From a virus (Duplodnaviria > Caudoviricetes), in the IMG/VR virus record IMGVR_UViG_3300031998_000077, positions 1,359-65,358 of that record: 64,000 nucleotides of DNA; one strand, given 5' to 3'. The notes under the pieces are model-generated. The model searched no databases. It saw only the letters and a list, made by a program, of their open reading frames with translations, and was not told the origin of the DNA. Both the position numbers and the translations under genes were made by a program. This document shows, in pieces, positions 54,154 to 62,424 of this stretch (the first letter of the stretch is position 1; the number at the start of each line of letters is the position of its first letter).

Positions 54154-54960
54154 TCATTCGGTGATAATGACGGCTCCGGTTCCGGACATGAGGTTGCCCC
54201 CGATGGTCGCGCCGTTCTTGATGAACAGCGTTCCGCCGCTGGAAATGATGCCGCCGCCCAGCGTTCCGCCCGATTGCACGATGGATGTGCCGCCGCTCGA
54301 CACGAACAGCGCGCCGGAGACAAGTCCCCCGGATGCGATGGTCGCCGTGCCGCCGCTCGCCACCGTCATTCCCATGCCGGAACCGCTCGAACCGACAATG
54401 ACGCTTCCGCCCGAACGCACGACCGTGTTTTCTGCCGAGCCGCCGCTTCCGATCAGCACCTCTCCGCCCATATCCGCACAGGCGGAATGCACCTTGCAAT
54501 TGCCGGAAATGATGATGGTTCCGCCGTTGGCGATCAGGTTCACGAAACGCGAACCCGTGTCGAAAGAGTTGTTTTCGTCGAGCGTCAGCGTTCCGCTTTT
54601 CACCGTCGCCCCGTTGATGAATGCGCTGGAAAAGCCGAAGCACGGCGCGCTTTCGATGATTGCGCCGCTACACGATGCCCCGGACGAAAGGTAAAGCTGG
54701 CCGCCGCTCGACACGTTGATGTTCCGCGCGGTTCCTCCGCTCGAAACGATACACGCCGCGCCGGATTGCACGTCGGTTCCTTTCGCCGTGCCGCCCGAAT
54801 ACACCCGCATGGTGTAGGCGTTTTTCAGGTATGCCCCGGACATGATGATTCCGCTCGAAATGACGGATGCGCCGCTCGAAACGAATATCCCGTTTGTTCC
54901 CGCCGTGATCGGCGGGAGCGGGGTGATGACGGGATTGAATCGGTAAGGGATGTTCGACAT
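54154..54960 (-). CDS. AIDA-I/Ag43-like beta-helix repeat protein (V-x-S-G-G repeats), no autotransporter barrel
   Basis: ~16 repeats such as VYSGG, VSSGG, VRSGG, VASGG, IASGG, VQSGG, ISSGG; AGGAG RBS at 54960. Confidence 0.85.
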   Translation of the reverse strand: MSNIPYRFNPVITPLPPITAGTNGIFVSSGASVISSGIIMSGAYLKNAYTMRVYSGGTAKGTDVQSGAACIVSSGGTARNINVSSGGQLYLSSGASCSGAIIESAPCFGFSSAFINGATVKSGTLTLDENNSFDTGSRFVNLIANGGTIIISGNCKVHSACADMGGEVLIGSGGSAENTVVRSGGSVIVGSSGSGMGMTVASGGTATIASGGLVSGALFVSSGGTSIVQSGGTLGGGIISSGGTLFIKNGATIGGNLMSGTGAVIITE

Positions 54961-54971
54961 TTCCTGTCTCC

Positions 54972-56678
54972 TTACACGGCATTGTCGCTGTAGGCGTAGT
55001 TCAACAGCAGTTTCATGTTGTTGGTTGCCCCGGACTTGTAGACTGCCCGGACGGTGAAAACATGCCGCGTGGTCGCGCCGTTGATGAGCGGCAGACTGCT
55101 GGGGAAGTTCGGCAGGGGAACCATGTTGCTTCCCGTCGAAATCGTCGTGATCGCCACGCTCGCCTTGACCCAATATTCCCACGTGAAAACATCTCCGCTT
55201 TGAAGCAGATAGGTCGCGCCGCTCGCGTCTTTGACCGTCGCAAAGCCGATGGAAAGCGTCGAGTTGGAAACCGTGGTCGGGTTGATGATGATGTCCTTGT
55301 TGAGATACAGCGTGGACGGCGTTTCCTCTTCGATTGTGAGGTTGCGCGCCTTGTCGTTGAGGCCGGAAACATTGTGCGTGTGGCTTTCCGGCGGGTACGT
55401 CTCCGGCTTGTTGTCGATGTTTTCCCAATCTACGCTCGCTTCCGGCTGGTTCGGGTCTTCCCAATAGGGAAGCAGATCAAGGCCGCCGAATCGCACCCAC
55501 AGCCCGGCGAAATCCGTGGCCGTCGGCGTTTCGATCTCCACCGTCGAAAGGAGGAACGCGGTGTATTTCAGCGCATGGTCGCCCGTCGTTTCGCTCCAAG
55601 TCATCGTAAAGTCAGTGCCGTTTTGGTCGCTGGCGTAGGCGATGTAGGGGTAGACGCTTTGCCCCGCCGCGCCCGTCGCGCCGCGAATCAGCGGGATTGC
55701 GTCGCTCCATTCCGCGCCGCTGTTGGAAATCCGGAGCCGGAACCACCGCATTTGCTGGAAATCGGCGGGTTCGATGTCGGCGTAGTCAACCCATACCGTC
55801 TCTTCGGTGATCGTGTCGCCCGCCGCACATTGCACCTCCATGCCGTCCTCGACGTAGGCGTTCAGGATTGCTTTCAGCGCGTTTTCTTGCGGGACGGATG
55901 CGGGTTCCCCGGTCGAAAGATCGGCGATGCCGCCAGTAATGCGGAACGATGCACAGCGGAAGCGGTTGATGATGGCAACCACGTTTCTGCCGCCGTTGCC
56001 GTTCGTGGTGAAAACCGTCAGCTCCAAACCCTTGCAATCGTCGAGCAGAGCCACGTCTTTGTATTGCATCTTGTTCCGGAGTTTTTCGCTGTAGCACACG
56101 AAATCGAACACGAAAAGCCCGTTGTTCTTGTCCGAAAGTGTCGGGTTCATTTCCGCCTGTGCGTACACCGCTTCCGGCACATCCACCGCGTCGCCCTGTG
56201 CGAAGTTGTGCGAAAGCACATTCCCGGCATCCATGACGAACGACACCACGCCCGCCGCCGTTTGACTGCGGGATTTGTAGGTCAGTGCCGCGTCGTTCGT
56301 GGAATCCCGCACGTAGAGCGTTCCGGCGGTCGGAATATCTTCGAGTTCCGCACTGGTCTTCACCGCCACCGCCGTGTTTTCGGCCACGTTCGTGAGGGCT
56401 TGATTCAGCTCCCCTTTCAGCCAGTGGAGGAAATTGTTGTCCGTGGCGAGGATTGCGCCGACGTTGCTCACGTTCGCGTACCCGGTGTATTTCACCCAGC
56501 CGTTGCCGGGGGACGGTTCGATCTCCCCGCCGTACAGATTGGTTTCCCCGACGTGGGAAAATAGCTGAATCGCCACCCGCTCCGAGTTCCCGTAGGGAAT
56601 CTGCGGGTGATCGGACGGGAAGCCCGCGCCGTAGGCATCGTACCAGCGGTTTTCGGTTACGTCGTAAAGCAGTTTCAT
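54972..56678 (-). CDS. putative tail/baseplate fibre protein
   Basis: YIAYASDQNGTDF and PPESHTH motifs typical of phage fibres. Confidence 0.55.
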   Translation of the reverse strand: MKLLYDVTENRWYDAYGAGFPSDHPQIPYGNSERVAIQLFSHVGETNLYGGEIEPSPGNGWVKYTGYANVSNVGAILATDNNFLHWLKGELNQALTNVAENTAVAVKTSAELEDIPTAGTLYVRDSTNDAALTYKSRSQTAAGVVSFVMDAGNVLSHNFAQGDAVDVPEAVYAQAEMNPTLSDKNNGLFVFDFVCYSEKLRNKMQYKDVALLDDCKGLELTVFTTNGNGGRNVVAIINRFRCASFRITGGIADLSTGEPASVPQENALKAILNAYVEDGMEVQCAAGDTITEETVWVDYADIEPADFQQMRWFRLRISNSGAEWSDAIPLIRGATGAAGQSVYPYIAYASDQNGTDFTMTWSETTGDHALKYTAFLLSTVEIETPTATDFAGLWVRFGGLDLLPYWEDPNQPEASVDWENIDNKPETYPPESHTHNVSGLNDKARNLTIEEETPSTLYLNKDIIINPTTVSNSTLSIGFATVKDASGATYLLQSGDVFTWEYWVKASVAITTISTGSNMVPLPNFPSSLPLINGATTRHVFTVRAVYKSGATNNMKLLLNYAYSDNAV

Positions 56679-56711
56679 TGTTGTTTTCTCCTGTTTCGTG
56701 TTTGGGTTTGG

Positions 56712-59700
56712 TTATACGGATTGGAGTTTGTCGTTGAGGTTGGAGAAAGACGCTTCTATCGCGTTGAGCATCTTTTGTACGATGTCTTTGATGTCCGTCT
56801 GAATCTCTTTCGTATCTTTCATCAGGGCTTTTTCGGAATCGTCTTTCGTGAACGTGCGGGATTCCAGCGCGAGGGCTTCGGAGCTTCGCGCCTCGATGCC
56901 GCGCATGAGCCGCGTGTCCGCTTCCTTTGCGTCGTTCAGTACCGCGCTTGCGTTGGTCTTCTTCCGGGCGTTGTATTCCTCGATGGCGAGGCGGTCAAGT
57001 TCCGCCTGTGCCTGTGCGTGTTCCATTGTCCCCTCTTTGCTGGCCGCCACACGCGCCCGCGCCGCCTCGATCTCTTTCTCGCGTTCCCGCTGTAGCTCGG
57101 CTTCCGTCTTCTTCCGGAGGACTGCACCGTTCTCGATCACGTAGGCTTTGCGCGCCGCTTCATTCTGCTTTTCCGCTTTCTGTACCGCTTCGGCATACTT
57201 GCCCTGTTCGGCTTGGAGTTGGAGTAGCCGCGTTTGCGCTTCGGTCAGCGTCAGGATGTCATCGACGTTCCGGAGGCTTTCGTCTGCCGCGTCGCCGTTG
57301 AAGAACGGGGACTTGCCTTCGGCGAGCCGCTTCTTCGCAAATTCCATTGCCTTATCCATCAGATCGACCGGAATATCCGTAAGCTCCCCGTTGGCGACTT
57401 GCGCGATGCGTTTCAGATCTTCTTGTGTGCTTTCCGGGATAATCAGCGGGATTTCGACCTCTTTGCCGTCAATCGTTACTCCGGCGGACACTTCCGTCAT
57501 CACGCCGCCCTTGCCGTCGGAAAGGATGCCGCGCCACCCGGCCTGTTTTTGGTCGCCGTCCATCTTGCCCGTCGCCGGGTTGTACCGCTTGCCCCATTGC
57601 GCCAAATCTGCGGCGGTCGCGTTCCGGCGCGCGGTTCCCGTCATTTCGGCGATTTCCTTTTGGAGACGCGCGATCTCCTTTTTCCGGTCGGCGGATAGTT
57701 CGTCGTTCGTCTTTGCCCGCACGGATGCGCCGTTTTCGATCACATAGCTTTCTTGGAGCTTTTTCAGTCGTTCAGCCGCCGCCGTGTTCGCCTTTGCCTG
57801 TGCCGCCGCCTGTTTCTCTTCCTCGCGGGTCTGCTTTTCCTGATAGGTCAGGATTTCTTTCGCAAGGTTCGCCTCTTGCGATTTCAGTTTGAGGATTTCA
57901 TCCTCTCCCTTGCCCGCAAGTTGAGCATCTTCGATGGCATCGCGGATTTTGTACCATTCCTGTTCGATTCGCTGGTACTTTTCCGCTTCGGTTTCGAGAT
58001 GGAGTAGCCCGCCCTCGTTGACAAGCCCGGCCTGTGCTTTCGCAAGGTCTTTCTGCGCCGCCTCGATTCGCTTGTTCTGTTGCGCCGCCTCTTCCGAATT
58101 GAAATCTTCAAGGGCGTGTTTCGCCTTGTTCGCCGCGCTCCAAGTTTCCTCGTAGGCTTTGAGCAATTTGAGCTGTTCCGCCGCCGCCTCTTTCGACACC
58201 GTTCCGGTGGTGGTGGTTACGTTCCCTTGAAAGTCCCGGTGTTCGATTTCGTAGGTGAGTTCTTTTTCGCCGGAAATGATCGCCTGTAAATCCGCCTTGC
58301 GGCTGTTGAACGCCTTGATGATGTCGATTTCAGCCGTGTTTTCGTCCCGGACGAGGTTCGCAAGCTCTTCGTTGGACTTCTTGAACGCGGTGCTGTCTCC
58401 GCTGGTAAAGCCCTGTTTCGTGCTTTCGAGGAACGTTTTTTCCTGATTGCGACGATAGTTTTCAGCTTCTTTCAGGGAAAATTCGAGCGTTTCTTTCTGA
58501 ATCTCGCGCTCTTTTTCATTGGCCGCCAGCCGCGCCGACATGTACCCGGCCAGCTTCCCGGTCGTTTTGTCGATTTCGATTCCGAGGTCGCCGTAGCGTT
58601 CCGTCAGTCTCCGGACAATCGCGGCGGCTTCTTCGTTCTGCGTGTTCGTCAGGCTTCCCATATCGGACAGGTCGCCCAGCCGCTTCCAGTCGGTTTCCCC
58701 GGAGGATACAAATTCCTTGGCCGCCTTGGATGCTTTCAGTGCGTTTTCCGCGTTTTCCTTGATGCGTTGCGCTTCCTTGTCGCTCTCGCCGCGCATTTTC
58801 TTGATGGAGGCCGCCAGTGCCGCAATGCCGACAACCGCCGCTCCGACCCACGGCCCGGTAAGGGAGAACATGCCGATGGTTCTTCCCAGCCCGGCGAGGC
58901 CGGGGACGGCCAGCCCGCCGAAACGAGCCACGGACGTGAACCCGCGCGCCAGCTTCGTTGCCGCTGTCCCGGCTTTCTTCGCGCCTACGGAAAAGGCATC
59001 GACGCTTTTCCCGGCTTTCCCGGTGGGCGCGGGGATTCCGGCAACCTCTTCTTTGAGATGGTTGAACCGTTCGCGCGCTTCATCGGCTTTCCCGGCTGAA
59101 ACGTCGAGTTTCGCATTCAGTTTGTCCGCCTCCGCCCGTGCTTTCTTGTAGGCTTCGGACAGGTTGTTGACCTCGGTTTTCAGGGCATCTTCCTTTTCGG
59201 CCAGCTTCATAATGTCGCCCGCGCCGCCCGTGTGGGTGGCGTTGAGCTGTTCCGAAACCTTTTTCAGCTCTCGTTCGGCCTGTAGCAGATCGCGTTTCGC
59301 TTCCCGCGCCCGCTGGTCGGCTTCATACGCCGCTTTGCCGTCTGCGTCGGCACGTTCGGCCAGCTTTTCCAAATCCTTTTTGGCCGCGTTCAGCTCCCGG
59401 AGCTTTTCGGCATATTCCCCGGCGGATGCGCCAGCCCCGCGCATGGATTCCCCGGCCACGCGGACGGTCGTTCCCGTGCGTTCCGCGCCAGCACCGAGCT
59501 TTTCCATGCTCTCGTTGACAAGCTCCGATTGTTTCCGCATTTCCTCTGCCGCCTCTTGAAAGAACGCTTTCAGCTCTTCCAGCGCGGCGGTGTCTGCCGG
59601 TTCGACGGGCGGCGGTGCGAGCATCGTCGGCATGTTCATCCCAAGATCGAAATGGATGTTTTGAGCCGCTGTTGCGATGTTGTCGAAACTCGCCTTGAAC

Positions 59701-59867
59701 ACAGAAAGCTGGCGGACGGCTTCGTCAACGTCCACGCCGATTGTCATGTGTTCCATGCCTTTGGCGTTCTTGCTTCCGGCAGTCAGGAGGTCATTGAACG
59801 TTTTGAGGCCGCTTTCCGCCTCTTTGCTTTGCAATTGGATTGCAAGCGTCGTAATGTCTGTAGCCAT
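56712..59867 (-). CDS. tape measure protein
   Basis: 1051 aa, Ala/Glu/Lys helical, central hydrophobic GxxG segment, N-terminal MATDITTLAIQLQS. Confidence 0.85.
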   Translation of the reverse strand: MATDITTLAIQLQSKEAESGLKTFNDLLTAGSKNAKGMEHMTIGVDVDEAVRQLSVFKASFDNIATAAQNIHFDLGMNMPTMLAPPPVEPADTAALEELKAFFQEAAEEMRKQSELVNESMEKLGAGAERTGTTVRVAGESMRGAGASAGEYAEKLRELNAAKKDLEKLAERADADGKAAYEADQRAREAKRDLLQAERELKKVSEQLNATHTGGAGDIMKLAEKEDALKTEVNNLSEAYKKARAEADKLNAKLDVSAGKADEARERFNHLKEEVAGIPAPTGKAGKSVDAFSVGAKKAGTAATKLARGFTSVARFGGLAVPGLAGLGRTIGMFSLTGPWVGAAVVGIAALAASIKKMRGESDKEAQRIKENAENALKASKAAKEFVSSGETDWKRLGDLSDMGSLTNTQNEEAAAIVRRLTERYGDLGIEIDKTTGKLAGYMSARLAANEKEREIQKETLEFSLKEAENYRRNQEKTFLESTKQGFTSGDSTAFKKSNEELANLVRDENTAEIDIIKAFNSRKADLQAIISGEKELTYEIEHRDFQGNVTTTTGTVSKEAAAEQLKLLKAYEETWSAANKAKHALEDFNSEEAAQQNKRIEAAQKDLAKAQAGLVNEGGLLHLETEAEKYQRIEQEWYKIRDAIEDAQLAGKGEDEILKLKSQEANLAKEILTYQEKQTREEEKQAAAQAKANTAAAERLKKLQESYVIENGASVRAKTNDELSADRKKEIARLQKEIAEMTGTARRNATAADLAQWGKRYNPATGKMDGDQKQAGWRGILSDGKGGVMTEVSAGVTIDGKEVEIPLIIPESTQEDLKRIAQVANGELTDIPVDLMDKAMEFAKKRLAEGKSPFFNGDAADESLRNVDDILTLTEAQTRLLQLQAEQGKYAEAVQKAEKQNEAARKAYVIENGAVLRKKTEAELQREREKEIEAARARVAASKEGTMEHAQAQAELDRLAIEEYNARKKTNASAVLNDAKEADTRLMRGIEARSSEALALESRTFTKDDSEKALMKDTKEIQTDIKDIVQKMLNAIEASFSNLNDKLQSV

Positions 59868-59925
59868 CTTTCGCTCCGTTTTCGCGCGTGTTTTCCGTTT
59901 CTAAAAGAGCGGAGCGTGTCAACCG

Positions 59926-61362
59926 TTAGATAAAGGTATCTGACGATGCCGATGTGTTGTGTTTGCTGTGGATGCGGTAGCGGAGGCAGTCGTACAGGTG
60001 ATCTTCCTGTGTCGTGTCAACGTCGTCGTCTCCGTTCTGCGCGTATTGCAGGGACGGCACGGTTCGCAGAAAATTCCGGCAGTGATCGAAGACGAAAAGC
60101 CCCGGTTCGTGGTCGCGTTCCAGTGTGTTTTTCAGCCGTTCCCGGATTGCCACAAGTCCCGTCTTCCGGCTTCCGGGGGATTTGTCCGCGTGTCGCCAGT
60201 AGATGCCGTTTTCGGAAAAACTGCGGGCAATCGTGTGGCCGCGCCCCCATTGGTCGCCGAAGATCGCGCTGTCTGCCGCCCCGTCATGCACGTCAAGCTG
60301 TAACTCCTTGTCCCGTGCCTTGATCTTTTCGGCAACCTCTTTCGGGACTTCCCCGGTTCCCGTGTCGGCTTTCCCGGCGCACCCGTAAAGCTCATCTATG
60401 ACAAAGAGATCGCCCGGTATCGTCGGTATCTCCGTGCCGTCCGGCAGAATCACGTCGGAACCGTCGCTTTCCGCGAAATACAGGCAAGCCCAAGGATGCG
60501 TCGTACCCCAGTCAAATGTCCGGTCAACGTACCATGTTTCGGGGATTTTGAAACGCGGCATCGTGTGGGTGTCGGTGTTCCAAATGTCATCCAGCGCGCC
60601 GCCCGCCTTGACATCCCAATTGCCCTCCGCCATCGCTTTGACGAGCCATGCGGGGCCAAGTCCCTGTAGTGTCCGCATGTATTCGTCGCGGTTGAGGCTG
60701 GGATTGTCGTCGAGTTTCGCCGGGATGAATTGCCGCAGAAAGCCGCCGTCGTTTTCATCCGTCTGCCATATCTCCCAAGGCTTTACCGGGTCAACAAACG
60801 TGGATTTCACCCAATTGTGGCCGATGCCCGTCGGGTTCGTGCCGCAGACGATCTTCGGGAACCGGATTCCCGGATATGCGTCCCGGAGACGTTTCGGAAT
60901 GACAAGTTGATCGCTGGCGCGGCATCGACCGCGCAAATAGCGGTAGATGTACTCTGTAAAAAGCGTCAGCTCATCGACAAGAAGCAGATGGATTTCCGCG
61001 CCTCTGAAACGCTCCACGTCTTTTTCATACTGGCAGTGCGAGGCGATGATTTTCGCGCCGTTGTAGAACCGGATTTCCGCGTGTGGCGAGTAGGAGAATT
61101 TACAGTAGCCAATATCCGTGTAAGGCTCCAAAAGGGACGGGAAGCCTGTCGGCCCGTTGAAATGGTTTTGAATCAGGTCTTGGCTGTAGCGGCGGAACAG
61201 GTAGACTTGCAATCCCGGCACGTACATGCAACACAGGATCGCCATGACGCGCATCATGTGGCTTTTGCCGCCGCCAGCCGCTCCGCCGTAAAGGATTTCG
61301 TTCGCGGATGACAACAGCACCTCGCCCTGCCTCGCGTGTAGGGTGAAGTCGATTCCGTCCAT
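59926..61362 (-). CDS. terL: terminase large subunit
   Basis: YGGAAGGGKS Walker A, LLVDE Walker B, GTNP, DWG, EDHLYDCLRY. Confidence 0.95.
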   Translation of the reverse strand: MDGIDFTLHARQGEVLLSSANEILYGGAAGGGKSHMMRVMAILCCMYVPGLQVYLFRRYSQDLIQNHFNGPTGFPSLLEPYTDIGYCKFSYSPHAEIRFYNGAKIIASHCQYEKDVERFRGAEIHLLLVDELTLFTEYIYRYLRGRCRASDQLVIPKRLRDAYPGIRFPKIVCGTNPTGIGHNWVKSTFVDPVKPWEIWQTDENDGGFLRQFIPAKLDDNPSLNRDEYMRTLQGLGPAWLVKAMAEGNWDVKAGGALDDIWNTDTHTMPRFKIPETWYVDRTFDWGTTHPWACLYFAESDGSDVILPDGTEIPTIPGDLFVIDELYGCAGKADTGTGEVPKEVAEKIKARDKELQLDVHDGAADSAIFGDQWGRGHTIARSFSENGIYWRHADKSPGSRKTGLVAIRERLKNTLERDHEPGLFVFDHCRNFLRTVPSLQYAQNGDDDVDTTQEDHLYDCLRYRIHSKHNTSASSDTFI

Positions 61363-61385
61363 CTTTGTTGACCTCAAATTATTGT

Positions 61386-61459
61386 TGGAGGGGCTATCAG
61401 GATTTGAACCTGAACTACCGACACCAAAAGACGATGTGCTACCGTTACACCATAGCTCC
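61386..61459 (-). tRNA. tRNA-Gln(TTG)
   Basis: Cloverleaf: D-arm GTGTAACGGTAGCAC, anticodon loop TTTTGGT, T-arm TCAGG-TTCAAAT-CCTGA, encoded CCA; mismatches A3:C70 and T30:T40. Confidence 0.85.
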
Positions 61460-61469
61460 GCTTCAAGAA

Positions 61470-61551
61470 TGGAGGGGAGGCAGGCTCACGGTTTCGCTCC
61501 GTCCGGTTGTTTCTGTCGCCATGCGGCTTTTGAGAAACAGAGCCTCTCCCC
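61470..61551 (-). ncRNA. unclassified 82-nt structured RNA with a tRNA-like CCA end
   Basis: GGGGAG-AGGCTC pairs with GAGCCT-GC-CTCCCC, then TCCA; two internal hairpins. Confidence 0.6.
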
Positions 61552-61585
61552 ATGTCAACAATATCCTGCTTCGGTCAACCGCCGA

Positions 61586-62380
61586 TCACGATTTCTTGCG
61601 CGGCACGAACTGGAAACGGTAGCCGTATTGCTTTTGATTCGCCGTAAGCCAACGCTTGACGGCATCGTCGTAATCCGAGCCGCGAAGTTTCGCGCGTTTC
61701 ACAGCCCGCTCGAATTGCGCGGCCTTGAAGTGTCCGCCGCTTTTCCGGAAATACCAGTCGCCTTTCGAGCTGATCGCCACAATGCCGGATTCCCGCGTTC
61801 GCGCCACATGGATGAGATCGCTGTCTGAAAACGCGCTTGCGTCAGACTTGCCGGAAATGGGGTGATTATGGACGATGAGATGACCTTTCCCGCCAAGAAT
61901 CGGAACGGACGTAGAACCGCCCTCCATGTAGTTATGCACGTACCCCTGATTGTCGATTGCCATGCCGTATTCGTGATCGGCTTTCGTGTAGAGATCGGAA
62001 AAATACTTGATCGCGTCGGCTTCCGTCTTTATTTTGATGTGCGTGTTTGCCTCGGCATTCAGGTGTTTCCGGGAATCGTCCGCTCCACCGCCGTGCGGCG
62101 CATGACCGAATTTGAAATCTTTCATTTCGGACGAACCGCCTTTCCGTCCGGACAAGGCCGGAAGCGCGAACGCCTCGATACCGGACAATGCCGCCTCGAC
62201 CGTCTTCCTGCCGTCGAATGCGAAGCCCCACGCCTCGCGCATGGACTTGAATTTCACCGTCTTGTCGGTTTCGCCGTCCCACAGCCGGAGCGGGCGGGTG
62301 CAAAGGAAAAACCGCCCGTCTGAATCAAGCGGCCAGTGCGACAATTGCGGGAACATTGCCTGAAAATAGGAGAATTTCAT
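61586..62380 (-). CDS. JAB/MPN-like domain protein
   Basis: E(YG)...HNHP...FSDSD motif. Confidence 0.7.
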   Translation of the reverse strand: MKFSYFQAMFPQLSHWPLDSDGRFFLCTRPLRLWDGETDKTVKFKSMREAWGFAFDGRKTVEAALSGIEAFALPALSGRKGGSSEMKDFKFGHAPHGGGADDSRKHLNAEANTHIKIKTEADAIKYFSDLYTKADHEYGMAIDNQGYVHNYMEGGSTSVPILGGKGHLIVHNHPISGKSDASAFSDSDLIHVARTRESGIVAISSKGDWYFRKSGGHFKAAQFERAVKRAKLRGSDYDDAVKRWLTANQKQYGYRFQFVPRKKS

Positions 62381-62424
62381 CGGTGCTTTCCTTTCTGTTT
62401 GACGTTCTAAAGAAACCCCGCGCG

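Noticed and set aside
54960-55464. N-terminal extension of the AIDA-repeat ORF (54154..55464)
   Set aside because: It overlaps the 568-aa gene in another frame; a good RBS and ATG exist at 54960
61386-61459. tRNA as an integration (att) site or prophage boundary
   Set aside because: It lies between terS and terL, far from int, with phage genes on both sides and no duplicated 3' fragment
61470-61551. Second canonical tRNA or tmRNA
   Set aside because: It cannot be folded as a cloverleaf (no T-loop TTC, no D-loop GG) and is far too short for tmRNA
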